This document shows positions 1 to 12,700 of a stretch of DNA of 64,000 nt, piece after piece. The stretch is from Macrostomum lignano. Its lineage: Eukaryota. The position numbers and the translations under genes are program-made. The stretch's first letter is position 1, and each line of letters opens with the position of its first letter. Location of the stretch: positions 71,659 to 135,658 of the forward strand of contig NIVC01000639.1 of the NCBI GenBank assembly GCA_002269645.1, written 5' to 3'. The notes below the pieces were generated by a model. That model did not search any database, was not told the origin of the DNA, and was given only the letters and a program-made list of their open reading frames with translations.

Positions 1-1282
1 AAGACTTCTAACAGATTAGAGAGGTATGATTAGGAAAACCAAAATATTTGATTCCAGAGACAAATGCATCAGCACCTTCACCGACATGGGCACTCGGCTC
101 CATGACAGCCGCATCCATGCCCGATCCGATGGAGTGCTGGTAGCTGGCGTCCACTTTCTCAACGGCATGACCTACTCCTCGTCCTGGAGGAGCACTAATG
201 CTCTCACAGTCGACTCCGTTGAGCGAACGATCACGTTTGGATAAATTTCGAAGGAAATTCCTTCAGTGCTCAGGCGTATTTGAACGGCACTGTGCTAAGC
301 AGAGCTGGAAGCGGTGGTGACAGCAACATCACTAAGAAAGAGCTTCTGAACATCCACGACTACCTGCTGCTCGGGCGCTGCACGGATGACTTCATAAACC
401 GTGAATGGCTGGCTGAGGTGCTGGGGCTTCGTCACTGGCAACTTGGGCATCAGCCAGTTTGACCAGCTGAGCAGTCTCTGCAGAGCTTGAACTCGATCAA
501 CTCAATGAAAGCTCAGCGACCGACACCGAGAAAAGGAAGGAGAAAGACAGGAACTGCCCTCCCAAACCTTTTATGGACACGTGCTGACAGTCTTTTCGAT
601 AATTATTGACAACTAGAAATTGACAACAAATTCCTAGAAATTTCAGAAATATACAGAAATCAGAGTTGGCACAACTACTTTTAGGTTCTTCATATGCATT
701 CAAATTGCACTTTTAGAGAAACGAAGTGCTGCGTTCTTGCACAGGAGACTTCTTTCAATCTTCAAATGAAATCTCAGCTGGGCTGATCTTTTCAAGAGTG
801 TGAGTTGTCGGGGAAGCGAAGGAACACTCTCAGCGAAGTGCTCTTTGGTTTGATTGATGCAGTCAGTCTTGGTGCCCTAGGCCTCACAATGCTGTGCGTG
901 AAGATGAGGCGCAGGGGGAAGGCAGGTTATGAGCTGTGCGAGTGGTCAAAAGTGTCAGGCACATGTGAGCTACTGGCTCCCAATAGTTTTCGAAAGTGCA
1001 CAACAAATAAAACTGCGAAATGAATTTCACTAGAAGCGAAATTCGCTTTAGGTAGTTTGTATTTTATCACACTTTAAAATTGAAAGTGAAAATCATTTTT
1101 TCCTGTCAATGATCAAACCAATGGCTAAAAACCTTTTGCTGCAATACAATTGCTGGTAGCCGATTTAAGTGCAAAAAAGTAAATTTGGTAAGCGAAATCG
1201 CACAATGGCTCTGAAAATCTGCTTAAATCATTTGATAATGGTATGATCGCCTGAAGTACTGGTATTGTTAATCAATCATATT

Positions 1283-2266
1283 TTATGCATGCTTGGATAA
1301 ATATATTTGGCTGCTGAGTTCAAGTTTAGCCTCATAAATCAATTCAATGAGTTTCTCAACGGAAAAGAAGCTGTGGAGAAGCAGCTCAACTTTCTCGGGG
1401 CTCCGATGAACCGAAGCTTTCCTTGGCGCGCTCGCTGTGGAGCCCTCGCTCACAGCCTCTGAATTGGCCTCACTCTTATTGAGCTTTACTTCAGCCAAAA
1501 TCGGTGCGTGTGAGGTGTATTCAGCTTGTTTTCTCCAGCATAATCTGCGTCCGTCCGAAGCTGACCTTCTGATTTCCCTGCTTCCTCTGCAGCAGTGCGA
1601 AGTTGTCGATTGTTCTGCCTCCCGTTGAGGTGCCGCCAGTACATCGCTGGAGAGTGCCAGCTTAAACTCCAGATTCTCCTTTCCTTTTGCAGGCGTGTTA
1701 TCGAACTTTTCAAGTATTTCATTCGGCTTCATGTTCCAGTCTCCGCCGATCATGACGGAGTCGACATCTTGACCATAACTCACTATCGCTTCGTGTAAAA
1801 TCCCATAGGCTTTCTCCCTATTACTCTTGTGTGGCAGATGAACAGAAAAGTACATCAGGGTCATCCCAGTTTCTTTATGCTTTAGCTTGACAGCCAAATA
1901 GCGACCTTCTGCTGAGATGAAATAGTCCCAGATTCCTTGTCTTGCCACTTTCCTCAATCTCTTTCACAGCGAGCTGTTCCCAAACTTTTGGGTCAAACGC
2001 AGTCAGGATATTTCTTGCCCCTTGATGTTATCAACTTCGCAACTCCAATTTAATTTGGTCACAAATTCCCGACCAGCATTGATGCTGCTCAACTCAGAGA
2101 CAGTCAGGATGCTCAGCTGCTGTTCTGTTTCTTCCTGGACATCCTTCACCAGCTGCTCGAGACCTCTGGCAAGCTTGTCTCCCTGAAGTTTCTCCATGCG
2201 ATTGGTCGCATCAGCATTGATGGCCAAAGCGAAGAAGCTCGCCGAGTCTTTGCTGGCAGCCATTTC
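1283..2266 (-). pseudogene. Degenerate endonuclease/exonuclease/phosphatase (EEP, APE-like) coding sequence, frameshifted; host gene or TE-derived
   Basis: EEP motifs in the correct order across several frames: LAINAD (Asn), ILTVSE (Glu), YFSVHLP, VMIGGDWN, TIDNFAL (other frame), TSHAPILAEV (SDH-P-like). A GT-AG intron-like segment lies upstream (donor AAG|GTTAGT near 2390, acceptor CTCTCTGCAG near 2266). No RT domain follows. Confidence 0.6.
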
Positions 2267-3751
2267 TGCAGAGAGAGACAGTGCTCACGCTAATACAACA
2301 CATAGCCCTTAAATGTTTCACATGGCAATGAGCAATGCTTGCACTCAATAAGAATATGGAAAGCGAAAATAGCAAAAAATGAAACTAACCTTAAGATGCA
2401 GCTTTAACTTCACTTTGGCTTCTGCGAATTCTGCTTCAACTCGGATATTTTGGTGCAATGAAATAATAAGTTTTCTCTCAAGTGCGCAGCAGCTGCAACC
2501 CCTGCCATAGCTTATAAAAGTTGTTCTGCGTACATTCTTTAATTCTTTTAGATTCGAATCGCTTCAGGTTAGCAACTGGTGAGTGCTTTTCCTTCTGCAC
2601 TCGCTACTGCGAAGATTTGAGTACAGCAGCTTGGTCGACAGTGCGAGCTATTCGTACACGATTACAGGTAGCAAGCCCGCGAGTACTTTGCTCTCCTAGA
2701 CTCTGGCCTGCCACAAAAAACATAAGTTCCCCACAGAACCCGAGTTCGCACGCAATTGTTATTTTTCCAATGACTGCAATAAACTCCAACTGTGACCCTT
2801 CAGCAGTGTACACGGACGGCGAAAGCAGAAAGCAAAATAAATGTCTACTGATGTCTACTGACATCAATCTGATGCCTGATGTCAAAATAAATAGCTTGTG
2901 TAACTGAAGGCTTTCTTAGCCGTCTGGTTCGGCAGTTCAAACACGCTGACGATTTCAATGCTTTGCGTCAGTCAAATCTGGTGTTGTTTTCCAACACCCC
3001 GCATGGATGCTGACGGTCACTGCTGGATTTGTGAGGCAGATGCCAATAGTTCAAGTGGGGATGAGTGGCAGAAGGATTTACTAACGGGATATGAGTGGCT
3101 GACATATCGCACTCTATAGTCAGTCGATCTTGTCTTTACTGTTTGCTATTCCGGGACGTCCAAGGCTTGTTTGAAACAGCCGGTTGCCAAGGGCGCGGTT
3201 TGGTTGAAACACCTGCTGTGAGCTTATTCGCTGCAGTTCCAAGATTTCTTTGTCTAACATTTCATTTTGCAGCCAATACTTTGCCATAGGAGTAAAAACT
3301 GAGTTTAGATTGATTGACACGCGAGGCTGGCCCTACAAAGTGCTTGAGACCGAACTGGTAGCAACCCCATCAATCGGCTAGCGAAGGAACTTTTGCTCTG
3401 AACTTGACAATTTCGCACCTTGACTGCATTCTATATTTATTCAAACTGGCCATGCGTTCCATTGGCTTTAAATTTCGAAGTTTAAACGCTAATTTTACTT
3501 CAAGCTGCCCGGATGATCAGCAGCGGAAGCCTGACCCTGCCTGGCATGTAGCCAACGCAACGATTTGTGAAATTGTTATTTTGTTAATTTTGAACGCAAA
3601 TAGGCACAAAACTGATTAAAGTCTTTAAAGATGGCTCCGTTGTTTGCTGAATTTTATAAGTAAAACTGCAACGCCGATGACCTCATCTGAATGAACTGTG
3701 CAGTATACACCCATCCGATCTGTGTACACACAAATACATTCAGGTGGTCAA

Positions 3752-6700
3752 TAGCCTAACTGTGTCTGTAGCCTAAGTGTGTTTGCACCTGACTTAGCGT
3801 GCACCAGTGTCTGTAGCCTAACTGTGTTTGCACCTGACTTAGCGTGCACCAGTGTCTGTAGCCTAAGTGTGTTTGCACCTGACTTAGCGTGCACCAGTGT
3901 CTGTAGCCTAAGTGTGTTTGCACCTGACTTAGCGTGCACCAGTGTCTGTAGCCTAAGTGTGTTTGCACCTGACTTAGCGTGCACCAGTGTCTGTAGCCTA
4001 AGTGTGTTTGCACCTGACTTAGCGTGCACCAGTGTCTGTAGCCTAAGTGTGTTTGCACCTGACTTAGCGTGCACCAGTGTCTGTAGCCTAAGTGTGTTTG
4101 CACCTGACTTGCGTGCACCAGTGTCTGTAGCCTAAGTGTGTTTGCACCTGACTTAGCGTGCACCAGTGTCTGTAGCCTAAGTGTGTTTGCACCTGACTTA
4201 GCGTGCACCAGTGTCTGTAGCCTAAGTGTGTTTGCACCTGACTTAGCGTGCACCAGTGTCTGTAGCCTAAGTGTGTTTGCACCTGACTTAGCGTGCACCA
4301 GTGTCTGTAGCCTAAGTGTGTTTGCACCTGACTTGCGTGCACCAGTGTCTGTAGCCTAAGTGTGTTTGCACCTGACTTAGCGTGCACCAGTGTCTGTAGC
4401 CTAAGTGTGTTTGCACCTGACTTAGCGTGCACCAGTGTCTGTAGCCTAAGTGTGTTTGCACCTGACTTGCGTGCACCAGTGTCTGTAGCCTAAGTGTGTT
4501 TGCACCTGACTTGCGTGCACCAGTGTCTGTAGCCTAAGTGTGTTTGCACCTGACTTAGCGTGCACCAGTGTCTGTAGCCTAAGTGTGTTTGCACCTGACT
4601 TAGCGTGCACCAGTGTCTGTAGCCTAAGTGTGTTTGCACCTGACTTAGCGTGCACCAGTGTCTGTAGCCTAAGTGTGTTTGCACCTGACTTAGCGTGCAC
4701 CAGTGTCTGTAGCCTAAGTGTGTTTGCACCTGACTTAGCGTGCACCAGTGTCTGTAGCCTAAGTGTGTTTGCACCTGACTTAGCGTGCACCAGTGTCTGT
4801 AGCCTAAGTGTGTTTGCACCTGACTTAGCGTGCACCAGTGTCTGTAGCCTAAGTGTGTTTGCACCTGACTTGCGTGCACCAGTGTCTGTAGCCTAAGTGT
4901 GTTTGCACCTGACTTAGCGTGCACCAGTGTCTGTAGCCTAAGTGTGTTTGCACCTGACTTAGCGTGCACCAGTGTCTGTAGCCTAAGTGTGTTTGCACCT
5001 GACTTAGCGTGCACCAGTGTCTGTAGCCTAAGTGTGTTTGCACCTGACTTAGCGTGCACCAGTGTCTGTAGCCTAAGTGTGTTTGCACCTGACTTAGCGT
5101 GCACCAGTGTCTGTAGCCTAAGTGTGTTTGCACCTGACTTAGCGTGCACCAGTGTCTGTAGCCTAAGTGTGTTTGCACCTGACTTAGCGTGCACCAGTGT
5201 CTGTAGCCTAAGTGTGTTTGCACCTGACTTAGCGTGCACCAGTGTCTGTAGCCTAAGTGTGTTTGCACCTGACTTAGCGTGCACCAGTGTCTGTAGCCTA
5301 AGTGTGTTTGCACCTGACTTAGCGTGCACCAGTGTCTGTAGCCTAAGTGTGTTTGCACCTGACTTAGCGTGCACCAGTGTCTGTAGCCTAAGTGTGTTTG
5401 CACCTGACTTAGCGTGCACCAGTGTCTGTAGCCTAAGTGTGTTTGCACCTGACTTAGCGTGCACCAGTGTCTGTAGCCTAAGTGTGTTTGCACCTGACTT
5501 AGCGTGCACCAGTGTCTGTAGCCTAAGTGTGTTTGCACCTGACTTAGCGTGCACCAGTGTCTGTAGCCTAAGTGTGTTTGCACCTGACTTAGCGTGCACC
5601 AGTGTCTGTAGCCTAAGTGTGTTTGCACCTGACTTAGCGTGCACCAGTGTCTGTAGCCTAAGTGTGTTTGCACCTGACTTAGCGTGCACCAGTGTCTGTA
5701 GCCTAAGTGTGTTTGCACCTGACTTAGCGTGCACCAGTGTCTGTAGCCTAAGTGTGTTTGCACCTGACTTAGCGTGCACCAGTGTCTGTAGCCTAAGTGT
5801 GTTTGCACCTGACTTAGCGTGCACCAGTGTCTGTAGCCTAAGTGTGTTTGCACCTGACTTAGCGTGCACCAGTGTCTGTAGCCTAAGTGTGTTTGCACCT
5901 GACTTAGCGTGCACCAGTGTCTGTAGCCTAAGTGTGTTTGCACCTGACTTAGCGTGCACCAGTGTCTGTAGCCTAAGTGTGTTTGCACCTGACTTAGCGT
6001 GCACCAGTGTCTGTAGCCTAAGTGTGTTTGCACCTGACTTAGCGTGCACCAGTGTCTGTAGCCTAAGTGTGTTTGCACCTGACTTAGCGTGCACCAGTGT
6101 CTGTAGCCTAAGTGTGTTTGCACCTGACTTAGCGTGCACCAGTGTCTGTAGCCTAAGTGTGTTTGCACCTGACTTAGCGTGCACCAGTGTCTGTAGCCTA
6201 AGTGTGTTTGCACCTGACTTAGCGTGCACCAGTGTCTGTAGCCTAAGTGTGTTTGCACCTGACTTAGCGTGCACCAGTGTCTGTAGCCTAAGTGTGTTTG
6301 CACCTGACTTAGCGTGCACCAGTGTCTGTAGCCTAAGTGTGTTTGCACCTGACTTAGCGTGCACCAGTGTCTGTAGCCTAAGTGTGTTTGCACCTGACTT
6401 AGCGTGCACCAGTGTCTGTAGCCTAAGTGTGTTTGCACCTGACTTAGCGTGCACCAGTGTCTGTAGCCTAAGTGTGTTTGCACCTGACTTAGCGTGCACC
6501 AGTGTCTGTAGCCTAAGTGTGTTTGCACCTGACTTAGCGTGCACCAGTGTCTGTAGCCTAAGTGTGTTTGCACCTGACTTAGCGTGCACCAGTGTCTGTA
6601 GCCTAAGTGTGTTTGCACCTGACTTAGCGTGCACCAGTGTCTGTAGCCTAAGTGTGTTTGCACCTGACTTAGCGTGCACCAGTGTCTGTAGCCTAAGTGT

Positions 6701-9700
6701 GTTTGCACCTGACTTAGCGTGCACCAGTGTCTGTAGCCTAAGTGTGTTTGCACCTGACTTAGCGTGCACCAGTGTCTGTAGCCTAAGTGTGTTTGCACCT
6801 GACTTAGCGTGCACCAGTGTCTGTAGCCTAAGTGTGTTTGCACCTGACTTAGCGTGCACCAGTGTCTGTAGCCTAAGTGTGTTTGCACCTGACTTAGCGT
6901 GCACCAGTGTCTGTAGCCTAAGTGTGTTTGCACCTGACTTAGCGTGCACCAGTGTCTGTAGCCTAAGTGTGTTTGCACCTGACTTAGCGTGCACCAGTGT
7001 CTGTAGCCTAAGTGTGTTTGCACCTGACTTAGCGTGCACCAGTGTCTGTAGCCTAAGTGTGTTTGCACCTGACTTAGCGTGCACCAGTGTCTGTAGCCTA
7101 AGTGTGTTTGCACCTGACTTAGCGTGCACCAGTGTCTGTAGCCTAAGTGTGTTTGCACCTGACTTAGCGTGCACCAGTGTCTGTAGCCTAAGTGTGTTTG
7201 CACCTGACTTAGCGTGCACCAGTGTCTGTAGCCTAAGTGTGTTTGCACCTGACTTAGCGTGCACCAGTGTCTGTAGCCTAAGTGTGTTTGCACCTGACTT
7301 AGCGTGCACCAGTGTCTGTAGCCTAAGTGTGTTTGCACCTGACTTAGCGTGCACCAGTGTCTGTAGCCTAAGTGTGTTTGCACCTGACTTAGCGTGCACC
7401 AGTGTCTGTAGCCTAAGTGTGTTTGCACCTGACTTAGCGTGCACCAGTGTCTGTAGCCTAAGTGTGTTTGCACCTGACTTAGCGTGCACCAGTGTCTGTA
7501 GCCTAAGTGTGTTTGCACCTGACTTAGCGTGCACCAGTGTCTGTAGCCTAAGTGTGTTTGCACCTGACTTAGCGTGCACCAGTGTCTGTAGCCTAAGTGT
7601 GTTTGCACCTGACTTAGCGTGCACCAGTGTCTGTAGCCTAAGTGTGTTTGCACCTGACTTAGCGTGCACCAGTGTCTGTAGCCTAAGTGTGTTTGCACCT
7701 GACTTAGCGTGCACCAGTGTCTGTAGCCTAAGTGTGTTTGCACCTGACTTAGCGTGCACCAGTGTCTGTAGCCTAAGTGTGTTTGCACCTGACTTAGCGT
7801 GCACCAGTGTCTGTAGCCTAAGTGTGTTTGCACCTGACTTAGCGTGCACCAGTGTCTGTAGCCTAAGTGTGTTTGCACCTGACTTAGCGTGCACCAGTGT
7901 CTGTAGCCTAAGTGTGTTTGCACCTGACTTAGCGTGCACCAGTGTCTGTAGCCTAAGTGTGTTTGCACCTGACTTAGCGTGCACCAGTGTCTGTAGCCTA
8001 AGTGTGTTTGCACCTGACTTAGCGTGCACCAGTGTCTGTAGCCTAAGTGTGTTTGCACCTGACTTAGCGTGCACCAGTGTCTGTAGCCTAAGTGTGTTTG
8101 CACCTGACTTAGCGTGCACCAGTGTCTGTAGCCTAAGTGTGTTTGCACCTGACTTAGCGTGCACCAGTGTCTGTAGCCTAAGTGTGTTTGCACCTGACTT
8201 AGCGTGCACCAGTGTCTGTAGCCTAAGTGTGTTTGCACCTGACTTAGCGTGCACCAGTGTCTGTAGCCTAAGTGTGTTTGCACCTGACTTAGCGTGCACC
8301 AGTGTCTGTAGCCTAAGTGTGTTTGCACCTGACTTAGCGTGCACCAGTGTCTGTAGCCTAAGTGTGTTTGCACCTGACTTAGCGTGCACCAGTGTCTGTA
8401 GCCTAAGTGTGTTTGCACCTGACTTAGCGTGCACCAGTGTCTGTAGCCTAAGTGTGTTTGCACCTGACTTAGCGTGCACCAGTGTCTGTAGCCTAAGTGT
8501 GTTTGCACCTGACTTAGCGTGCACCAGTGTCTGTAGCCTAAGTGTGTTTGCACCTGACTTAGCGTGCACCAGTGTCTGTAGCCTAAGTGTGTTTGCACCT
8601 GACTTAGCGTGCACCAGTGTCTGTAGCCTAAGTGTGTTTGCACCTGACTTAGCGTGCACCAGTGTCTGTAGCCTAAGTGTGTTTGCACCTGACTTAGCGT
8701 GCACCAGTGTCTGTAGCCTAAGTGTGTTTGCACCTGACTTAGCGTGCACCAGTGTCTGTAGCCTAAGTGTGTTTGCACCTGACTTAGCGTGCACCAGTGT
8801 CTGTAGCCTAAGTGTGTTTGCACCTGACTTAGCGTGCACCAGTGTCTGTAGCCTAAGTGTGTTTGCACCTGACTTAGCGTGCACCAGTGTCTGTAGCCTA
8901 AGTGTGTTTGCACCTGACTTAGCGTGCACCAGTGTCTGTAGCCTAAGTGTGTTTGCACCTGACTTAGCGTGCACCAGTGTCTGTAGCCTAAGTGTGTTTG
9001 CACCTGACTTAGCGTGCACCAGTGTCTGTAGCCTAAGTGTGTTTGCACCTGACTTAGCGTGCACCAGTGTCTGTAGCCTAAGTGTGTTTGCACCTGACTT
9101 AGCGTGCACCAGTGTCTGTAGCCTAAGTGTGTTTGCACCTGACTTAGCGTGCACCAGTGTCTGTAGCCTAAGTGTGTTTGCACCTGACTTAGCGTGCACC
9201 AGTGTCTGTAGCCTAAGTGTGTTTGCACCTGACTTAGCGTGCACCAGTGTCTGTAGCCTAAGTGTGTTTGCACCTGACTTAGCGTGCACCAGTGTCTGTA
9301 GCCTAAGTGTGTTTGCACCTGACTTAGCGTGCACCAGTGTCTGTAGCCTAAGTGTGTTTGCACCTGACTTAGCGTGCACCAGTGTCTGTAGCCTAAGTGT
9401 GTTTGCACCTGACTTAGCGTGCACCAGTGTCTGTAGCCTAAGTGTGTTTGCACCTGACTTAGCGTGCACCAGTGTCTGTAGCCTAAGTGTGTTTGCACCT
9501 GACTTAGCGTGCACCAGTGTCTGTAGCCTAAGTGTGTTTGCACCTGACTTAGCGTGCACCAGTGTCTGTAGCCTAAGTGTGTTTGCACCTGACTTAGCGT
9601 GCACCAGTGTCTGTAGCCTAAGTGTGTTTGCACCTGACTTAGCGTGCACCAGTGTCTGTAGCCTAAGTGTGTTTGCACCTGACTTAGCGTGCACCAGTGT

Positions 9701-12700
9701 CTGTAGCCTAAGTGTGTTTGCACCTGACTTAGCGTGCACCAGTGTCTGTAGCCTAAGTGTGTTTGCACCTGACTTAGCGTGCACCAGTGTCTGTAGCCTA
9801 AGTGTGTTTGCACCTGACTTAGCGTGCACCAGTGTCTGTAGCCTAAGTGTGTTTGCACCTGACTTAGCGTGCACCAGTGTCTGTAGCCTAAGTGTGTTTG
9901 CACCTGACTTAGCGTGCACCAGTGTCTGTAGCCTAAGTGTGTTTGCACCTGACTTAGCGTGCACCAGTGTCTGTAGCCTAAGTGTGTTTGCACCTGACTT
10001 AGCGTGCACCAGTGTCTGTAGCCTAAGTGTGTTTGCACCTGACTTAGCGTGCACCAGTGTCTGTAGCCTAAGTGTGTTTGCACCTGACTTAGCGTGCACC
10101 AGTGTCTGTAGCCTAAGTGTGTTTGCACCTGACTTAGCGTGCACCAGTGTCTGTAGCCTAAGTGTGTTTGCACCTGACTTAGCGTGCACCAGTGTCTGTA
10201 GCCTAAGTGTGTTTGCACCTGACTTAGCGTGCACCAGTGTCTGTAGCCTAAGTGTGTTTGCACCTGACTTAGCGTGCACCAGTGTCTGTAGCCTAAGTGT
10301 GTTTGCACCTGACTTAGCGTGCACCAGTGTCTGTAGCCTAAGTGTGTTTGCACCTGACTTAGCGTGCACCAGTGTCTGTAGCCTAAGTGTGTTTGCACCT
10401 GACTTAGCGTGCACCAGTGTCTGTAGCCTAAGTGTGTTTGCACCTGACTTAGCGTGCACCAGTGTCTGTAGCCTAAGTGTGTTTGCACCTGACTTAGCGT
10501 GCACCAGTGTCTGTAGCCTAAGTGTGTTTGCACCTGACTTAGCGTGCACCAGTGTCTGTAGCCTAAGTGTGTTTGCACCTGACTTAGCGTGCACCAGTGT
10601 CTGTAGCCTAAGTGTGTTTGCACCTGACTTAGCGTGCACCAGTGTCTGTAGCCTAAGTGTGTTTGCACCTGACTTAGCGTGCACCAGTGTCTGTAGCCTA
10701 AGTGTGTTTGCACCTGACTTAGCGTGCACCAGTGTCTGTAGCCTAAGTGTGTTTGCACCTGACTTAGCGTGCACCAGTGTCTGTAGCCTAAGTGTGTTTG
10801 CACCTGACTTAGCGTGCACCAGTGTCTGTAGCCTAAGTGTGTTTGCACCTGACTTAGCGTGCACCAGTGTCTGTAGCCTAAGTGTGTTTGCACCTGACTT
10901 AGCGTGCACCAGTGTCTGTAGCCTAAGTGTGTTTGCACCTGACTTAGCGTGCACCAGTGTCTGTAGCCTAAGTGTGTTTGCACCTGACTTAGCGTGCACC
11001 AGTGTCTGTAGCCTAAGTGTGTTTGCACCTGACTTAGCGTGCACCAGTGTCTGTAGCCTAAGTGTGTTTGCACCTGACTTAGCGTGCACCAGTGTCTGTA
11101 GCCTAAGTGTGTTTGCACCTGACTTAGCGTGCACCAGTGTCTGTAGCCTAAGTGTGTTTGCACCTGACTTAGCGTGCACCAGTGTCTGTAGCCTAAGTGT
11201 GTTTGCACCTGACTTAGCGTGCACCAGTGTCTGTAGCCTAAGTGTGTTTGCACCTGACTTAGCGTGCACCAGTGTCTGTAGCCTAAGTGTGTTTGCACCT
11301 GACTTAGCGTGCACCAGTGTCTGTAGCCTAAGTGTGTTTGCACCTGACTTAGCGTGCACCAGTGTCTGTAGCCTAAGTGTGTTTGCACCTGACTTAGCGT
11401 GCACCAGTGTCTGTAGCCTAAGTGTGTTTGCACCTGACTTAGCGTGCACCAGTGTCTGTAGCCTAAGTGTGTTTGCACCTGACTTAGCGTGCACCAGTGT
11501 CTGTAGCCTAAGTGTGTTTGCACCTGACTTAGCGTGCACCAGTGTCTGTAGCCTAAGTGTGTTTGCACCTGACTTAGCGTGCACCAGTGTCTGTAGCCTA
11601 AGTGTGTTTGCACCTGACTTAGCGTGCACCAGTGTCTGTAGCCTAAGTGTGTTTGCACCTGACTTAGCGTGCACCAGTGTCTGTAGCCTAAGTGTGTTTG
11701 CACCTGACTTAGCGTGCACCAGTGTCTGTAGCCTAAGTGTGTTTGCACCTGACTTAGCGTGCACCAGTGTCTGTAGCCTAAGTGTGTTTGCACCTGACTT
11801 AGCGTGCACCAGTGTCTGTAGCCTAAGTGTGTTTGCACCTGACTTAGCGTGCACCAGTGTCTGTAGCCTAAGTGTGTTTGCACCTGACTTAGCGTGCACC
11901 AGTGTCTGTAGCCTAAGTGTGTTTGCACCTGACTTAGCGTGCACCAGTGTCTGTAGCCTAAGTGTGTTTGCACCTGACTTAGCGTGCACCAGTGTCTGTA
12001 GCCTAAGTGTGTTTGCACCTGACTTAGCGTGCACCAGTGTCTGTAGCCTAAGTGTGTTTGCACCTGACTTAGCGTGCACCAGTGTCTGTAGCCTAAGTGT
12101 GTTTGCACCTGACTTAGCGTGCACCAGTGTCTGTAGCCTAAGTGTGTTTGCACCTGACTTAGCGTGCACCAGTGTCTGTAGCCTAAGTGTGTTTGCACCT
12201 GACTTAGCGTGCACCAGTGTCTGTAGCCTAAGTGTGTTTGCACCTGACTTAGCGTGCACCAGTGTCTGTAGCCTAAGTGTGTTTGCACCTGACTTAGCGT
12301 GCACCAGTGTCTGTAGCCTAAGTGTGTTTGCACCTGACTTAGCGTGCACCAGTGTCTGTAGCCTAAGTGTGTTTGCACCTGACTTAGCGTGCACCAGTGT
12401 CTGTAGCCTAAGTGTGTTTGCACCTGACTTAGCGTGCACCAGTGTCTGTAGCCTAAGTGTGTTTGCACCTGACTTAGCGTGCACCAGTGTCTGTAGCCTA
12501 AGTGTGTTTGCACCTGACTTAGCGTGCACCAGTGTCTGTAGCCTAAGTGTGTTTGCACCTGACTTAGCGTGCACCAGTGTCTGTAGCCTAAGTGTGTTTG
12601 CACCTGACTTAGCGTGCACCAGTGTCTGTAGCCTAAGTGTGTTTGCACCTGACTTAGCGTGCACCAGTGTCTGTAGCCTAAGTGTGTTTGCACCTGACTT

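Noticed and set aside
26-500. Short plus-strand ORFs, vaguely LamG-like
   Set aside because: Broken by stops, truncated at the window edge, no diagnostic motif.
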